A DNA stretch of 64,000 nucleotides from Octopus sinensis (GCF_006345805.1 NC_043010.1:17050001-17114000); one strand, 5' to 3'. Positions 24,523 to 37,363 are shown, numbered from the stretch's first letter. The notes: generated by a model not told the origin, from the letters alone. Made by a program: numbers and translations.

Positions 24523-24710
24523 ACTACCAGAATCGTTAGCATGCCGGGCGAAATGCTTAAGATTCTGAGTTCAAGTTCCGCCGAGGTCGACTTTGCCTTC
24601 CATCCTTTCAGGGTCAATGAATTAAGCACCAGTTGCGTAATGGGATCGATCTAATCGACTGATCGCCTCCCCCAGAAATTTCGGGCCTTGTGCCTAGAGT
24701 AGAAAAGACT
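24523..24710 (+). mobile_element. SINE family A, short-tail form
   Basis: cagaatcgttagcatgccgggcgaaatgctt...gtcgactttgccttccatcc...cctagagtagaaaag. Confidence 0.85.
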
Positions 24711-25248
24711 AACTACCACGGTGGCAACACGGTGGGTAAACACACATACACAGAGGAATACAGGAACTGTACCAAATACTTTTTCGGGTCTTAGGACAGC
24801 AGCAACACAATAGGGAGAGACGATGGGCTGAGGAGAGGGCCACATTGCTGCTACAAACTGTGACACACACTGAAGCATACACACACACAGGCACACACAC
24901 TCACACACACACAAACAAGGACACAAACGCATGCGCACATAAGGGTAGACATCTTAGAAAAACAGAATGGAGTAAGTGGAGCAAGAACACACACGTAACC
25001 GAAAAGTGTCACTGAAGAGGTCACAGATGTGTGACGAAAGATTTCCGGACAATGGACAGGCATTAAAGTAATAAAATAAGGACACTAATAAACGAGTGAA
25101 GAAAATATATATAGTGCGTGTGTTTATTTGGCAAAATAAAATAATAAATAAATAAATAAAATGACCACCCTGAAGTACAACAATATCTGTTTCAACACAC
25201 AATGTCACATTAAGAATCTTGCAAACGAATTGATAAACAGATATGTGT

Positions 25249-25294
<46 letters not shown>

Positions 25295-25544
25295 TCACTA
25301 ATATCAATGTCAAACAGTGTTTTACAACACATCAAGTATCCTACTACAATCAACAGACACTGCTCACTGTGAACTGTGTCTGATGATTGCGTTAGGACTC
25401 CAGACGTGCTATAAAACACTGTTTGGTATGTTCTCAGCACATGAAACTAACAGTAGCACATAAAAACATATATTGTGCTTATTAAATAATATTTATCTCT
25501 CAGCAAACGGAGTACTATTTTGTTGATCTTATCATCACGGAACA

Positions 25545-25955
25545 GTACAAAATATATATATATATATATATTATAGATATATATATATTGTATGTATGTA
25601 TATATATATATATTATATAATATATATATATGTATGTATGTATGTATTATATATGTATATATATATATTGTATGTATGTATGTTATATATATATATGTAT
25701 ATATATATATATTGTATGTATGATGTATATATATATATGTATATATATATGATGTATGTATGTATATATATATATGATATATATATATTGTATGTATGTA
25801 TGTATATATATATATATATAATATGATGTATGAGTATGTATGTATATTATATTCATATATTAGATACCATTGTATGTTGTATGTAATGTATGTATATATA
25901 TAGATAATGGATGTATTAATGTATATGTATATATATAACACAGATATGTATATAC
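25545..25955. repeat. (TA)n/(TATG)n degenerate microsatellite field
   Basis: Read directly. Confidence 0.9.
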
Positions 25956-26195
25956 ACATATGATGGCTGACAACTCATAGACGAGTAAGACCATAGACAA
26001 AGCAATGTCTGTTCTTACTTTCAGATCCAATAAGGCTTGCAGAACACTCGAACCCTCTCCAGCCTACTGATATGAACTTGAGACAAGCCGCGTTAAGATA
26101 TTTAGTGTATGTGGAGGTGGTGGTGGTGGTGGTGGTGGTGGTGGTGGTGGTGGTGAGGTGGTGGTGGTGGTGGTGGTGGTGGTGGTGGTGGTGGT

Positions 26196-26245
<50 letters not shown>

Positions 26246-26388
26246 GTAATGTAATCTTTAAAAAACAATCTTCGGTTGATTTCAACAGAACTCTTTTCTA
26301 AATCGCAAAACATGTTTCTAATAAACTTTTCCGTTTCTTGAGACACTTCCTTTGTCAATTTGCTTATGTAAATTACACGCGCGCGCAA

Positions 26389-26432
<44 letters not shown>

Positions 26433-26764
26433 TAGCTGCCAATGGTATCGTCCAGTACAAAAAAAAAACAAACTAATTAATTGGTCGACTGCTGGAACCG
26501 GCATTTGGATTATTTTCACGGTCGTCTGGTCACATGGCATAATGGGGGGGGGGGCGGAGTGAAATAAAGGCGGAGGTGTGTGTGAGAGAGAAAGGGGGAG
26601 TAGAAAAGAGCAGGGAGGGGGACAGAGAAAAGGGAGGAAGTGGATGAGGACGTGAAAGAAGGGTCGGTGGGAAGGAAGAAAATGAGATGTCATTCGAGTG
26701 GAATATGAAATATTTAAGTGACGATGATGATGATAGATAGATAGATAGATGGTTGGTAGGTAGG

Positions 26765-26799
<35 letters not shown>

Positions 26800-27000
26800 G
26801 TTGGTAGGTAGGTAGGTGTAGGAGTGATAATGATGTGGGGAGAGGGGAGGAGGGGAGAATGCTGCTGCTGCTACTGCTGCTGCTGCTGATGATGATGATG
26901 ACGACGACGGCGGCGACAACGATGACGACGACTACGAAAAAAGATATGGGAAACTTGGCCTGACATTTCGAGGTAAAGACAGAAAAAAAGTGAGACACAC

Positions 27001-27082
<82 letters not shown>

Positions 27083-27478
27083 ACGGGTGCCATGGTGGAT
27101 GTACTTTTCTGTATGAGAAGGTCGGGTGTCCTTTTTCCTGGTTTTTGAAATTGAGTCTTGACTTTGGAGATGAAGTCTGGGAAACGAAGGCTGAAAGCTG
27201 TCAAAAGGAAATACTTCAGTGCAGCTTATATATACAATATATGACACATAATAAGGCTACCTAGGCAATTAGTAGATGAAAACTACCTGCAAGACTATTT
27301 AAAATCTAAGAGCAATAAACAAGGGACATCACTCCTATAAGATCAGCCGTATAGGAGGTTTTACTTGTTTCTGTATTTCAAACGGTCACAAAGGGAGGTT
27401 TTGTCAACTAATTGCGCAAACAGTCTCATTTTATCAAAGTTTTCCATCTCGCCATATTACATACGTGACACTCTAAAC

Positions 27479-27746
27479 TCGTGTTTCACAACCGGTTTTT
27501 GCCAATGGACCCTTTTGACTCCCTATTTTACCCGGCTGGCGTCCCAGATCCTAGCCCTAGCCCTAACCCATTCATTGTATGTAAAGGAAAATCCTCTGAT
27601 CCTTTTCAAATTAAATGTTATAAAAAAGAAATAAAAGTGTTTTCTTTGTTGTCGAAATATAAACTGGTTTATTGCTGATCACTTTTAACAATGGAAATCT
27701 TCTATGGACCCTCAGTGTCTATCGGGATCCCGACTGAGAACTATTG
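27479..27746. mobile_element. Degenerate hAT MITE with CCCTAR tract
   Basis: Ends tcgtgtttcacaacc / gactgagaactattg; TSD ctctaaac / ctctaaat (7/8). Confidence 0.65.
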
Positions 27747-27867
27747 CTCTAAATAGAGAAGTGTATCAATTAGGGTTCGCTCCCCCCCCCCGGGTCACCC
27801 TCACCCTTCTTTTGCAGTCATATTGTTATTATGTGTAGTAGTGAGGTCTAATATTGAACTAGCGAGA

Positions 27868-28448
27868 AGGCGGCGTGCTGGCAGAATCGTTAGCACGCCG
27901 GATGAATTGCGTAGCCGTATTTCGTCTGCCGCTACGTTCTGAGTTCAAATTCCGCCGAGGTCGACTTTGCCTTTTATCCTTTCGGGGTCGATTAAATAAG
28001 TACCAGTTACACACAGGGGTCGATATAATCGACTTGATCCGTTTGTCTGTCCTTGTTTGTCCTCTCTGTGTTTAGCCCCTTGTGGGTAGTAAAGAAATAG
28101 GTATTTCGTTTGCCGTTACGTTCTGAGTTCAAATTCCGCCGAGGTCGACTTTGCCTTTCATCCTTTCGGGGTCGATTAAATAAGTACCAGTTACGCACTA
28201 GGGTCGATATAATCGACTTAATCCATTTGTCTGTCCTTGTTTGTCCCCTCTGTGTTTAGCCCCTTGTGGGCAGTAAAGAAATAGAAATAGGTATTTCGTC
28301 TGTCTTTACGTTCTGCGTTCAAATTCCGCCGAGGTCGACTTTGCCTTTCGGGGTCGTTAAATTAAGTACCAGTTGCGTACTGGGGTCGACCTAATCGCCC
28401 GGCCCCCTCCCAAAAAGTTTCGGGGCTTGTTCCTAGAGTAGAAAAGAA
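27868..28448 (+). mobile_element. SINE family A, trimeric
   Basis: One head, then body units restarting with gtatttcg at 27917, 28101 and 28291. Confidence 0.9.
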
Positions 28449-28886
28449 TGGTAATTTATCAGGATCCCGTCTTTCTCATTCGCAAAATGAGCCCCCACCC
28501 TCTTAATTTGGCTCAGATTGCTTTCAATTTTGGTGCATCGATACAACTCTGAATTTTGATTACGATCAACCAATTACTTTTTCTCGTAAGTTAAAGAATC
28601 TGGTGTTATTTGAAATTAAAGTTGGGAAATTTGGGTAATTTTAGCCAATCAACAGACAGCGTGGCATCAGCAGCTTGTTACCATGACAACAGTACGCTGT
28701 GTTGTGGTTCACTTCACTGTTGTCTGCGACTTCGTATTTCACTTCACGGTTGTCTGTGACGCACGTTGTTCGATGTTGATTTTTTACAATTGCTTCTCCA
28801 CACCACGAGTTTCTTTTCACCCGCGTGTTTTGTTTTAATTTTTCTGTGTTGGTATATTACATATTTCTGTGTTGGTATATTACAAA

Positions 28887-29105
28887 AGGCGGTGAGCTGG
28901 CAGAGTCGTTAGCACGCCGGGCGAAATGCGTAGCCGTATTTCGTCTGCCGTTACGTTCTGAGTTCAAATTTCGCCGAGGTCAACTTTGCCGTTCATCCTT
29001 TCGGGGTCGATAAATTAAGTACCAGTTACGCACTTGGGTCAATGTAATCGACTTAATCCGTTTGTCTGTCCTTGTTTGTCCTTTCTGTGTTTAGCCCCTT
29101 GTGGG
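28887..29105 (+). mobile_element. SINE family A, 3' end fused to MITE
   Basis: Typical head and body; the tail stops at gtggg, which is shared with the MITE that follows. Confidence 0.85.
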
Positions 29106-29391
29106 GTGGGGGAAGGGTATATTTTTTTCTTCACAAATGTAAATAAACCCAATCTGTTTCTTAAACGAGGGACACGTTCATACGGCACAGAATGCTTTTT
29201 AACTCAATTGGTTGAAATTGCAGAACTTGAAGAAAAAAACAACAACAAATATCTTACAACCTATAGAATTTTCTCAATAAAGCCAAGAGAAAAAGATGTT
29301 TTATAAACACATTCTACCAGTATACGAAGTTTAAAATTTTTTAGTTACCTAGAAATTATGTTAAAAACTGGCGTTCAAACCGAAAAGATCC
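29101..29391 (+). mobile_element. GGATC MITE, left-truncated copy
   Basis: Runs from gtgggggaagggtat to the right TIR ttcaaaccgaaaagatcc. Confidence 0.9.
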
Positions 29392-30148
29392 CAGTATTTC
29401 AACCACCGTGTACGAAAATGGCTATAGGCTCTTTCACTGCCTCCTTCTTCATTGCCATTCTTCTATGTTCTTAACACACGCGCATGCCTTATACACACAT
29501 ACATTTCGCTCTCATGACGGTCTTTCTATTATTCTGTATACATGACTCACGCACAGACACCACATGTTACTACATCAAAAAATGTCCTCTTAACCATTCT
29601 ACTCGATTGTGTCTCCTTTTTCTCTCTGGCACTTACACGTACGATTAAATTTATATTTATTATATCGACCGTGTGATAAAGAGCCATTCTCGTCACCTCG
29701 CATCGCACGGACATTACAAATACTACCAGTTGAGCACTGGGGTCGATATAACCAACAACCCCCACCCTTCCCCATAAAATTTCTGGTCTTTTAGGGACTA
29801 TTAGTCCAAGTAAACGTCTTAAACGAGACGCATGTAGGATAATATGTGAACATATGGCTTATAAATCACGGCACAAAATATAACTTTATGGTTTTATTAA
29901 CAGAATCTATTGTTTTAGTAAAACTTAGGAACGAGTAATTTGTAAGACCATATTCAGTGAAAGGAAGCTGAGGGTTGAGTGCAAGCAGTCGAGGACCTCC
30001 AGTCTAAATTATTTATTAAATAACTGACTTTGTATCAAGGCAGTTATTTAAACAAGAAACTTTATGAACTCCAGGAATTTACGATTTAGCAGAACGAAAA
30101 TGTCAACTAGAAGTGCATAAGTTTACTTGCATCATCGTTTGTTATTAT

Positions 30149-30179
<31 letters not shown>

Positions 30180-30553
30180 AGATATATATATATATATGAT
30201 TTTTATTTATACAGATATATATTTTTTTAACATCCGAGTTGTAATTGACTTCCGGTACAATTTTGTCAGCTAAAGTTTTACGTTAAAAAAGCACTTTTGC
30301 ATGTTCCATACCAGGAAGTTTGAGTTGATCAAAGCTGGTAAGAGAGATGCGTTTGTTCCCGTCCACCGGAAATGCCCGGCTAGTTACATAACAAAATCAA
30401 ACAACTGTTTTGTTTTTACTTTGTCTAAATTACTGAAGCAGTAATATAATATTTCTCACACGGGGAGCCTGCTTCTCTTTTTCTTTCTACTACGCCAATA
30501 GTTGCTATAATAATAAATAATAAAATAATATATAGTATATAAAAAAAAAACGT

Positions 30554-30872
30554 GAAGGCGCATGGCCTAGCGATTAGGGTGTTGTCGGTTCGACTCACGA
30601 ACGAGTGGCGTGTTATCTTATTTTTTTCTGGGAGGGAGTGGGTTTTTTTTTGTTTGTTTGTTTTTAGCAAAACACTTTATTTCATGTAGCTGCAGTGCTG
30701 TAAATCGATAATCCTGCGACAGACGAGCTTTGCGGTCAGAGGGAATGTTGGCTCCGCTCGCCTTGCCCCACGAGGTGGCATCCTTTATAAGCTAAAAACG
30801 GTGCGAAGCGCATTGTGGCCAGCGATGTGTAACTAACATTCGATAGTCTGCTTGATCACGTGGTCACGCGAT
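30554..30872 (+). mobile_element. SINE related to family C, diverged
   Basis: Head gaaggcgcatggcctagcgattaggg...ggttcgactc; 3' gcgaagcgcattgtggccagcgatgtgt...atcacgtg. Confidence 0.7.
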
Positions 30873-31281
30873 ATACTAAATTGTTAACCGCTGAGAATGT
30901 CAGAAAGTAAAAAGCGAAGCAAATAAAAAGAAAACAAAAGATTTCATTTTCTGTGGAATTAGAAATGCGAGTATTTCTTGGCTTTCAAACGTTTACCCAC
31001 TCTCATTCGGTTTATTATTATTATTTTATTATTATTATATTATTATTATTATTATTATCAATATTGTTTGTTTCTGTACCGTCCCTCATTACACCGTATG
31101 CTATAGACTACATTCCTAACCTTACAGTTAACTTGTGGGTTCGTCCTACATACAATACGGTTGTTACCCGTACATGGAAGCCTTTTAAATGAATATGTTC
31201 AACAGATCATGGATTTTATGGGAGGTTCCTGTCCTTTCAACTACTTTAATCCGTTGATTAAAGTATGTTGTTGTCTTGTTT

Positions 31282-31286
<5 letters not shown>

Positions 31287-31329
<43 letters not shown>

Positions 31330-32020
31330 AATTTTGCGGATAAACAAATTAGACGCATAAAATATATAAAATACGTCAAATACAGAATATGTCTACTTGC
31401 AAAACGATGAAAAGCAAAAGATGGAAACTTTCAGATGATGAATATTTAAGTATAAATATATATTTATATTAATAGATCCAATTTACACAGAGTACAAACG
31501 ACAGAGAAAATGAAAGGGGTGGAAGAAAGGTGTTATGAGTCCAACAGCCGTTTCTGGGGGCTCGGTGATCCATAATAATGTTGGTGGATTTAGTCCATTA
31601 CAATACGCGGCTGTATGGATGCAATTAACATTGGATCAGACGAGCCTCATCAGGGTAAAGAAGATCTTATATTTCAGATCTTAATGCAGAGGAATTCAAA
31701 GATGGAATATTGCGATGCACTAAATCCACCAACATAATTATGGATCGCCGAACCTCCTGAAACAGGTGTTGGGTCTATGACACTTTTCTTCTACCCTTTT
31801 AATTTTCTCTGTCGTTTGTACTCTGTAAGTTGAACCTAATAATATAAATATCTGTATATTTATACTTAGAAATTAATCGTCTGAAAGTTGCCCTCTTTTG
31901 CTTTCTCTCGTTTTGCATGTATACAGATATACATATTTTGCATTTGACGTATTTAACATATTTAATATATTTGATGTGTCTAATTTGTCTATCCACATAA
32001 TTCTCTCTCTCTCTCTCTCT
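31287..32020 (-). mobile_element. Fold-back element with degenerate hammerhead (family F2)
   Basis: Inverted arms of about 300 bp (31287-31595 / 31710-32020) ending in (GA)n/(TC)n; the minus strand has CTGATGA (31653-31647), stem GGCUCG/CGAGCC and GAAA (31554-31551). Confidence 0.75.
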
Positions 32021-32039
32021 CACTATATATATGTATATA

Positions 32040-32081
<42 letters not shown>

Positions 32082-32845
32082 TACACGCATTGAGTCGAAC
32101 CAGGGGCAGCTGATGAAGGGGAATTTTCCTCGTATTGTTTGTCCTGTACTGTGTTTTTTCGTTGTTAAAAAAAGTCCGTTTCCTTGTTTGATTTTATGTT
32201 TTCGTTTCTCGTTGTGTTCTACGTTTATTTGTGGTGTCCTGTACTCATATATATATATATATACATATAGATGTAAGTATGTACATATATGTATGTATAT
32301 ATGCATATATTTTATTTATTTATTATATTGTTATTATATAAAGTATACAATTTTATGTAGAGATTGTTAACTTTAACAATGGTCAGAAACAGGGGCAAGA
32401 ATCAAAGTGCTCCAATTGAGCTAAGTTCCAATTTATGATTCCAATGGAGACAATACCAGCGGAAAACTAGAGGAACATGACTTATTATCAAATAGAACAT
32501 TCAATATATATGGGCACTTTCATTGGACATTAATAAATCAATATAAAGTTCCAGATAATACAGTATTAAAACATACAAGTATATGAACATATAAATATTT
32601 AATATTTAAAAATACGCAAATATTTAAAAATATTTTTTTTTAATATTTAAAAAGTACGTTGGCATTATGAATATATAAATACATAAATAGATATACAAAT
32701 AGATATAAAACGTCGATATAAGATCAAACTCGTAGGTATTTAAAAATATTCAAAAATGCTCATATATAAATACACAGGCAAAATATAAAACATCAACATA
32801 ATATAAGACTTATTGAATTAATAATTCACACGATAATTATTAATT

Positions 32846-33468
32846 GGATCTTTTCCTTTTGAACGGCAGTTTGTAACATAATTTCTAGGTAACTAAAAAA
32901 TTTTAAACTTCGTATACTGGTAGAATGTGTTTATAAAATATCATTTTCTCTTGGCTTTATTGAGAAAAATTCTATAGGTTGTAACATATTTCGTCTAAAA
33001 TTTCTTGCATTTCGGCAATTTTAACCAATCAATTACCTCCATTGATGTAAATAACATTCTTTGCATAATGAATATGTCCCTCGTTTAAGAAACAGATTGG
33101 GTTTATTTACATTTGTGAAGAAAAAGATACCCTTCCCCCACCCCTAACCCTAACCCTAACTAACCCTAACTCTAACCCTAAATCTAAAATAGATTGAAAT
33201 GCAAATGTAAATAAACCCAATCTGTTTCCTAAACGAAGGACATATTCATGCGGCACAGAATGTTGTTTACCTAAATGGACGCCAGTGATTGGTTAAAATT
33301 GCCGAAATGCAAGAAATTAAAGACGAAACATGTTACAACCTATAGAATTTTCTCAATAAAGCCAAGAGAAAATGATGTTTTATAAACACATTCTACCAGT
33401 ATACGAAGTTTAATAATTTTGGTTACCTAGAAATTATGTTAAAACTGCCGTTCAAACCGAAAAGATCC
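32846..33468. mobile_element. GGATC MITE derivative with two right arms (about 270-bp TIRs)
   Basis: The left 330 bp is the reverse complement of the MITE right arm plus its CCCTAA tract; perfect TSD TATTAATT at 32838-32845 and 33469-33476. Confidence 0.9.
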
Positions 33469-33588
33469 TATTAATTCACACGATAAGATAGAAGGTAATA
33501 AAGATTCACAATTTACTACACAGAGTCCGGTGGAAAATTTGAAATTACACAACATTAACATGACATACTAATACAGGAAGATAATGTT

Positions 33589-33677
33589 CCATCGACGGGC
33601 CGTTTCGGAGACGTGTCCGATAATATGATAGAAATTTCACATCCTTAATGAGACGGACACTGCCCTCATCAGGATGC
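33589..33677 (-). ncRNA. Type I hammerhead ribozyme, canonical core
   Basis: Minus strand: stem I CAUC/GAUG, CUGAUGA 33672-33666, long stem II (GGG.A-GUGUCC / GGACAC-g-U.UCC), GAAA 33606-33603, stem III ACG-gcc-CGU, GUC triplet with predicted cleavage between 33594 and 33593. Confidence 0.8.
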
Positions 33678-33692
33678 TTCACAACAAGACAC

Positions 33693-34131
33693 GGATCTTT
33701 TCGGTTTGAACGGCAGTTTTTTCTAGCGGTGTCATATGAAATTGTCAACCATAATTATGACCCTAGTATATATCTATTGCATTTCAATCTGTTTTAGGGT
33801 TAGCGTTAGTTAGGGTTAGGGTTAGGGTTAGGGGTGGAGGGAAGGGTATCTTTTTTTCTTCATAAATGTAAATAAACCCAATCTGTTTCTTAAACGAGGG
33901 ATATATTCATACGGCACAGAATGTTTTTTACCTCAATACACGTCACTGATTGGTTGAAATTGCAGAAATTGAAGAAAAAAACAACAAATATCTTACAAAC
34001 GATAGAATTTTCTCAATAAAGCCAAGAGAAAAAGATGTTTTATAAACACACTCTACCAGTATACGAAGTTTAAAATGTTTTTAGTTACCTAGAAATTATG
34101 TTAAAAACTGCCGTTCAAACCGAAAAGATCC
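33693..34131 (+). mobile_element. GGATC MITE, full length (439 bp)
   Basis: Both TIRs intact, internal TTAGGG tract; flanked by an 18-bp direct repeat tgcttcacaacaagacac (33675-33692, 34132-34149). Confidence 0.92.
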
Positions 34132-35040
34132 TGCTTCACAACAAGACACAATGATAGCAACATATAAAAGGACAACTTACTTCGTTACATTCTCGCCAAA
34201 TTCAGTTCACATTGACATTCACTCTTGAATTCTTTCAATGGATTCCTAAACTATGGTAGAGAGTAAGTTTACTGCCTGACAGTTATTTCTGTACTTAAAC
34301 ATTACAATGAATGCTTAAGTCTTATTGATTCATTAATCCCCTTTATAGAACAGCTATATTAACTCACAAGCATGACCTGGTATATTGAATTAAAGGCATG
34401 TTACGCTCAGTTCAGACCATTCTATTATAGTATTTTTTTATTTTATTTTTTATTCCATTCCAAAGCTTATCTGAAGTTAGCTATCCTAGTTCAAATCATA
34501 CCAATTAAATCCTTACCGACATAAAATACTATCTACTAATACTTACTTCATTAATTATATTATTTTCAATTACATTTTAAATTTTAAATTACAGATTACA
34601 GATTTTAGATTTTAAAATTTAAATTATCATCATTATCATTAGTTCGAATTAGTATTATGACTTTTTATTATTATTACTCTTATTCTTATCCTTATATTTA
34701 TTTATGTTTTTAAATTTCTTTAAAAGCGTCGAGTGTATCTTATGTGTGCAAGCCGGAATTGCATCAGTAAATCTATTTAGCATAGCATGATTGTAATTCA
34801 TCAAAATTAAGTATGCCTCCCCAATGCATAATCCACATCTAGTGGATCAGATTCCAAAGGGAGGGTCATGAGCCAGGATGGACCAAGATAATTTGAATTC
34901 TATACTCTTTTCCCTAAGGTCGTTTATAAACGATGCTAATGCGGTGGGTGTCCTATATTTTGGATTCTTAAAAGAACTAAGGTGGCTCCTAAAATCTAAA
35001 ATCCCAAATCTGTAATTTTAAATAAAAAACACCAAAGAGT

Positions 35041-35990
35041 TTAAGAGGTCTTTTTGCTATTATTCTCAAAAACTGTGAAGTAATAATGCTGTTGAATTGT
35101 GGAATAAGTTCAGAAATGATCTTGCTGAAGATTTCAAGTATCAAGTTCGGTTGAGTAAGCTGAGCAAGATATCGTTTTCACTGATGCTATATACAATGCG
35201 GCTTTGATTGAAATAGAAGATCAAATTATTTCGATGGGAGGTGAACCTATAGAAAATTGAGGTCTCCCACTAACTAACAGAGGAGATCTTAACAATCTAT
35301 CCACTGAAATAATGAGGGAAATTTCCTATGATAAGGATGAACTGACCATGTACATAAATGATAATCTTCCCAAGCTTTTGCGGGATCAACGTCGTACATA
35401 TTCCACTATCATAGAAAGTATTAACAGTAACAGAGGAGGACTTTATTTCTTAGATGCTCCATGAGGTCCTGGGAAAACCTTTGTTATTAAACTCCTCCTG
35501 GGTGAAGTTCTTCAAGAAAATAAAATAGCTTTAGCTACTGCTACTTCTGAGATTGCAACAACATTACTACCCGGAGGTCGGACTGCCCGTTCAACATTCA
35601 AGTTACCTTTAGATTTATCAAACAAAGAAGATCTAGTTTGTAATATATTTAAAAATTCTGCAATGGGTGAACTAATACAAAGATGTCACTTAATTGTCTG
35701 GGACGAATGTACAATGGCCCACAAAATAGCTTTTGAAGCTGGGGACAGAACATTACGAGACATTAGAAATTGTAATTCCATGATGGGAAATGTCACAGTA
35801 TTATTGTGAGGAGACTTCCGACAAACACTACCAGTTGTTCCAAGAGGAGCAAAAGTGGATGAGCTCAAAGCTTCAATAAAGTCTTCTGCATTATGGCATC
35901 ATGTGAAAATGCTTCAACTTTCGACAAATATGAGATCGAGGCTATCAGGAGATCAATCTGATTAATTATTTGCAGTGTATCTTTTGAAAA
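35041..35990 (+). pseudogene. Helitron RepHel relic (pre-helicase region plus PIF1-like helicase N-half)
   Basis: LRGLFAIILKNC..LWNKF.NDLAEDF, YFLDAP*GPGKTF, ATTLLPGGRTARSTFKLP, IVWDECTMAHK, GDFRQTLPVV, STNMR; multiple stops. Confidence 0.9.
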
Positions 35991-36833
35991 AAAGATCACG
36001 CTTGGCCGAACTCCGGTCACGTGGAAGGAAAGGAGAGAGGTAGGGGGAAGAGGGATTGAAGAATTAGGGGAAGAACGAGGAGAGGAAATCAAAGGGACAT
36101 AGATGTGGGATGCCTTCAGCAGCTGGGGAGCTGACCGGAACTTGGGGCTGACCGGAAGGGACAGGAGTGACGTGCGCGCAGGCAGGGCAGGATTCGGCCT
36201 TTTCGATCGAGATAACTGAGGGAGTGAGACGCGTGAGCACGTTGTTAAGGTAGGGGAGAAGCAGCTGCTATTTCTAGTGTTCGGGTCGGGCTGCGTTGAA
36301 AAATCCATTGCCGCTGAAAGGTCTCCGTCGAGCGAAAAGAAGGTAGGTGTCCTTATTTCGAATCTCTCGCATACACCACAATAGAGAAAGGTACAAGGGA
36401 GATAAACGAGGAGGGAAAGTAGGGAGATTAAAGAAAGAGAAGGCCAAGAAATGTGAAAGATGGGGAGCGAGAAAACGAAAAGAGGAAAGAAAGAAGAAAG
36501 TACGAGGGGGGACTAAAAGAAAGAGTAAAAGAGTCGTACAGAATTTAGATACATACTTACTTACAAGGTCCTTGCCTTCGTAAACGTGGAGTAGATGAAA
36601 AAGGGACAACTGCAGAAGGGGAATATTCTTTATGTTGTATGTCTCGTTTGCCTGTTTGTTTGTTTTTCGTTGTTCGAAAAAAAGGTCGTTTCTATGTCTT
36701 TGATTTTGTTTTCGTTTCTCATTGTGTTTTACGTATTTTTTTATGTCCTGTACCCATATATGCATGTATATATACATATATATGTAGGTATGTACATATA
36801 TGTATGTATATATGCACATATTTATATATTATG

Positions 36834-36870
<37 letters not shown>

Positions 36871-37027
36871 AGTAGGTGAATGAATTATCCTATGTTTATC
36901 GTCAGCATGGAAAATTCGTTTAACCGAAACCTGGGTAGCAAATTCACGTCAGAAAGCACGGTTGAAGCGACCTGTCAAGGGTAGAAACTCCGGGTTCATG
37001 TGTAGAAATTTGTGTGTTGTATATGAA

Positions 37028-37319
37028 TAAATTAAAGAATGGAGTCAAACGAAGATGTTAACAAAATTCCTTTACTCTCGACACATGTTTCGAAGACAGC
37101 ATATTTTCATTCCAAAGGAATGATTGCCTACAAAGCGATAATGTAGGCAATCATCGAAATTTTTGTTTGACTTGTTGTCGAGAGAGGCTCCCTTTCTTTC
37201 CTGGTGAGAAGATTGCATAATACACCCTTTATTCCTTTGGAATGAAAACATGCTGTCTTCGAAACATGTGTCGAGAGTAAAGGAATTTTGTTAACATCTT
37301 CGTTCGACTCCATTCTTTC

Positions 37320-37324
<5 letters not shown>
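37028..37324 (+). mobile_element. Fold-back element with hammerhead (family F3)
   Basis: 94-bp inverted arms 37028-37121 / 37231-37324 with 3 mismatches; additional 13-bp hairpin at 37121-37154; right end runs into (TA)n. Confidence 0.85.
37191..37283 (+). ncRNA. Type I hammerhead ribozyme with single core substitution (A6G)
   Basis: Stem I CCUUU-CUUUC / GAGAG-u-AAAGG, CUGGUGA 37201-37207, stem II GAAGA/UCUUC, GAAA 37261-37264, stem III ACA-ug-UGU, GUC ending at 37272. Confidence 0.75.

Positions 37325-37363
<39 letters not shown>

Larger units (their letters stand above)
32345..34172 (-). mobile_element. Hammerhead-bearing element F1, copy 2, interrupted by two GGATC MITEs
   Basis: Flanks of the two MITEs align with the reverse complement of 18410-19075. 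Confidence 0.8.

Noticed and set aside
25005-25060. CTGAAGA-g-GTCACA-gatg-TGTGAC-GAAA
   Set aside because: The core and stem II look real, but stem III, the NUH triplet and stem I cannot be formed; at best a dead relic.
32105-32145. CTGATGAAGGGG...TTCCTCG, with a related segment at about 36608
   Set aside because: No GAAA follows; probably a PLE-type terminus, but not supportable as a ribozyme.
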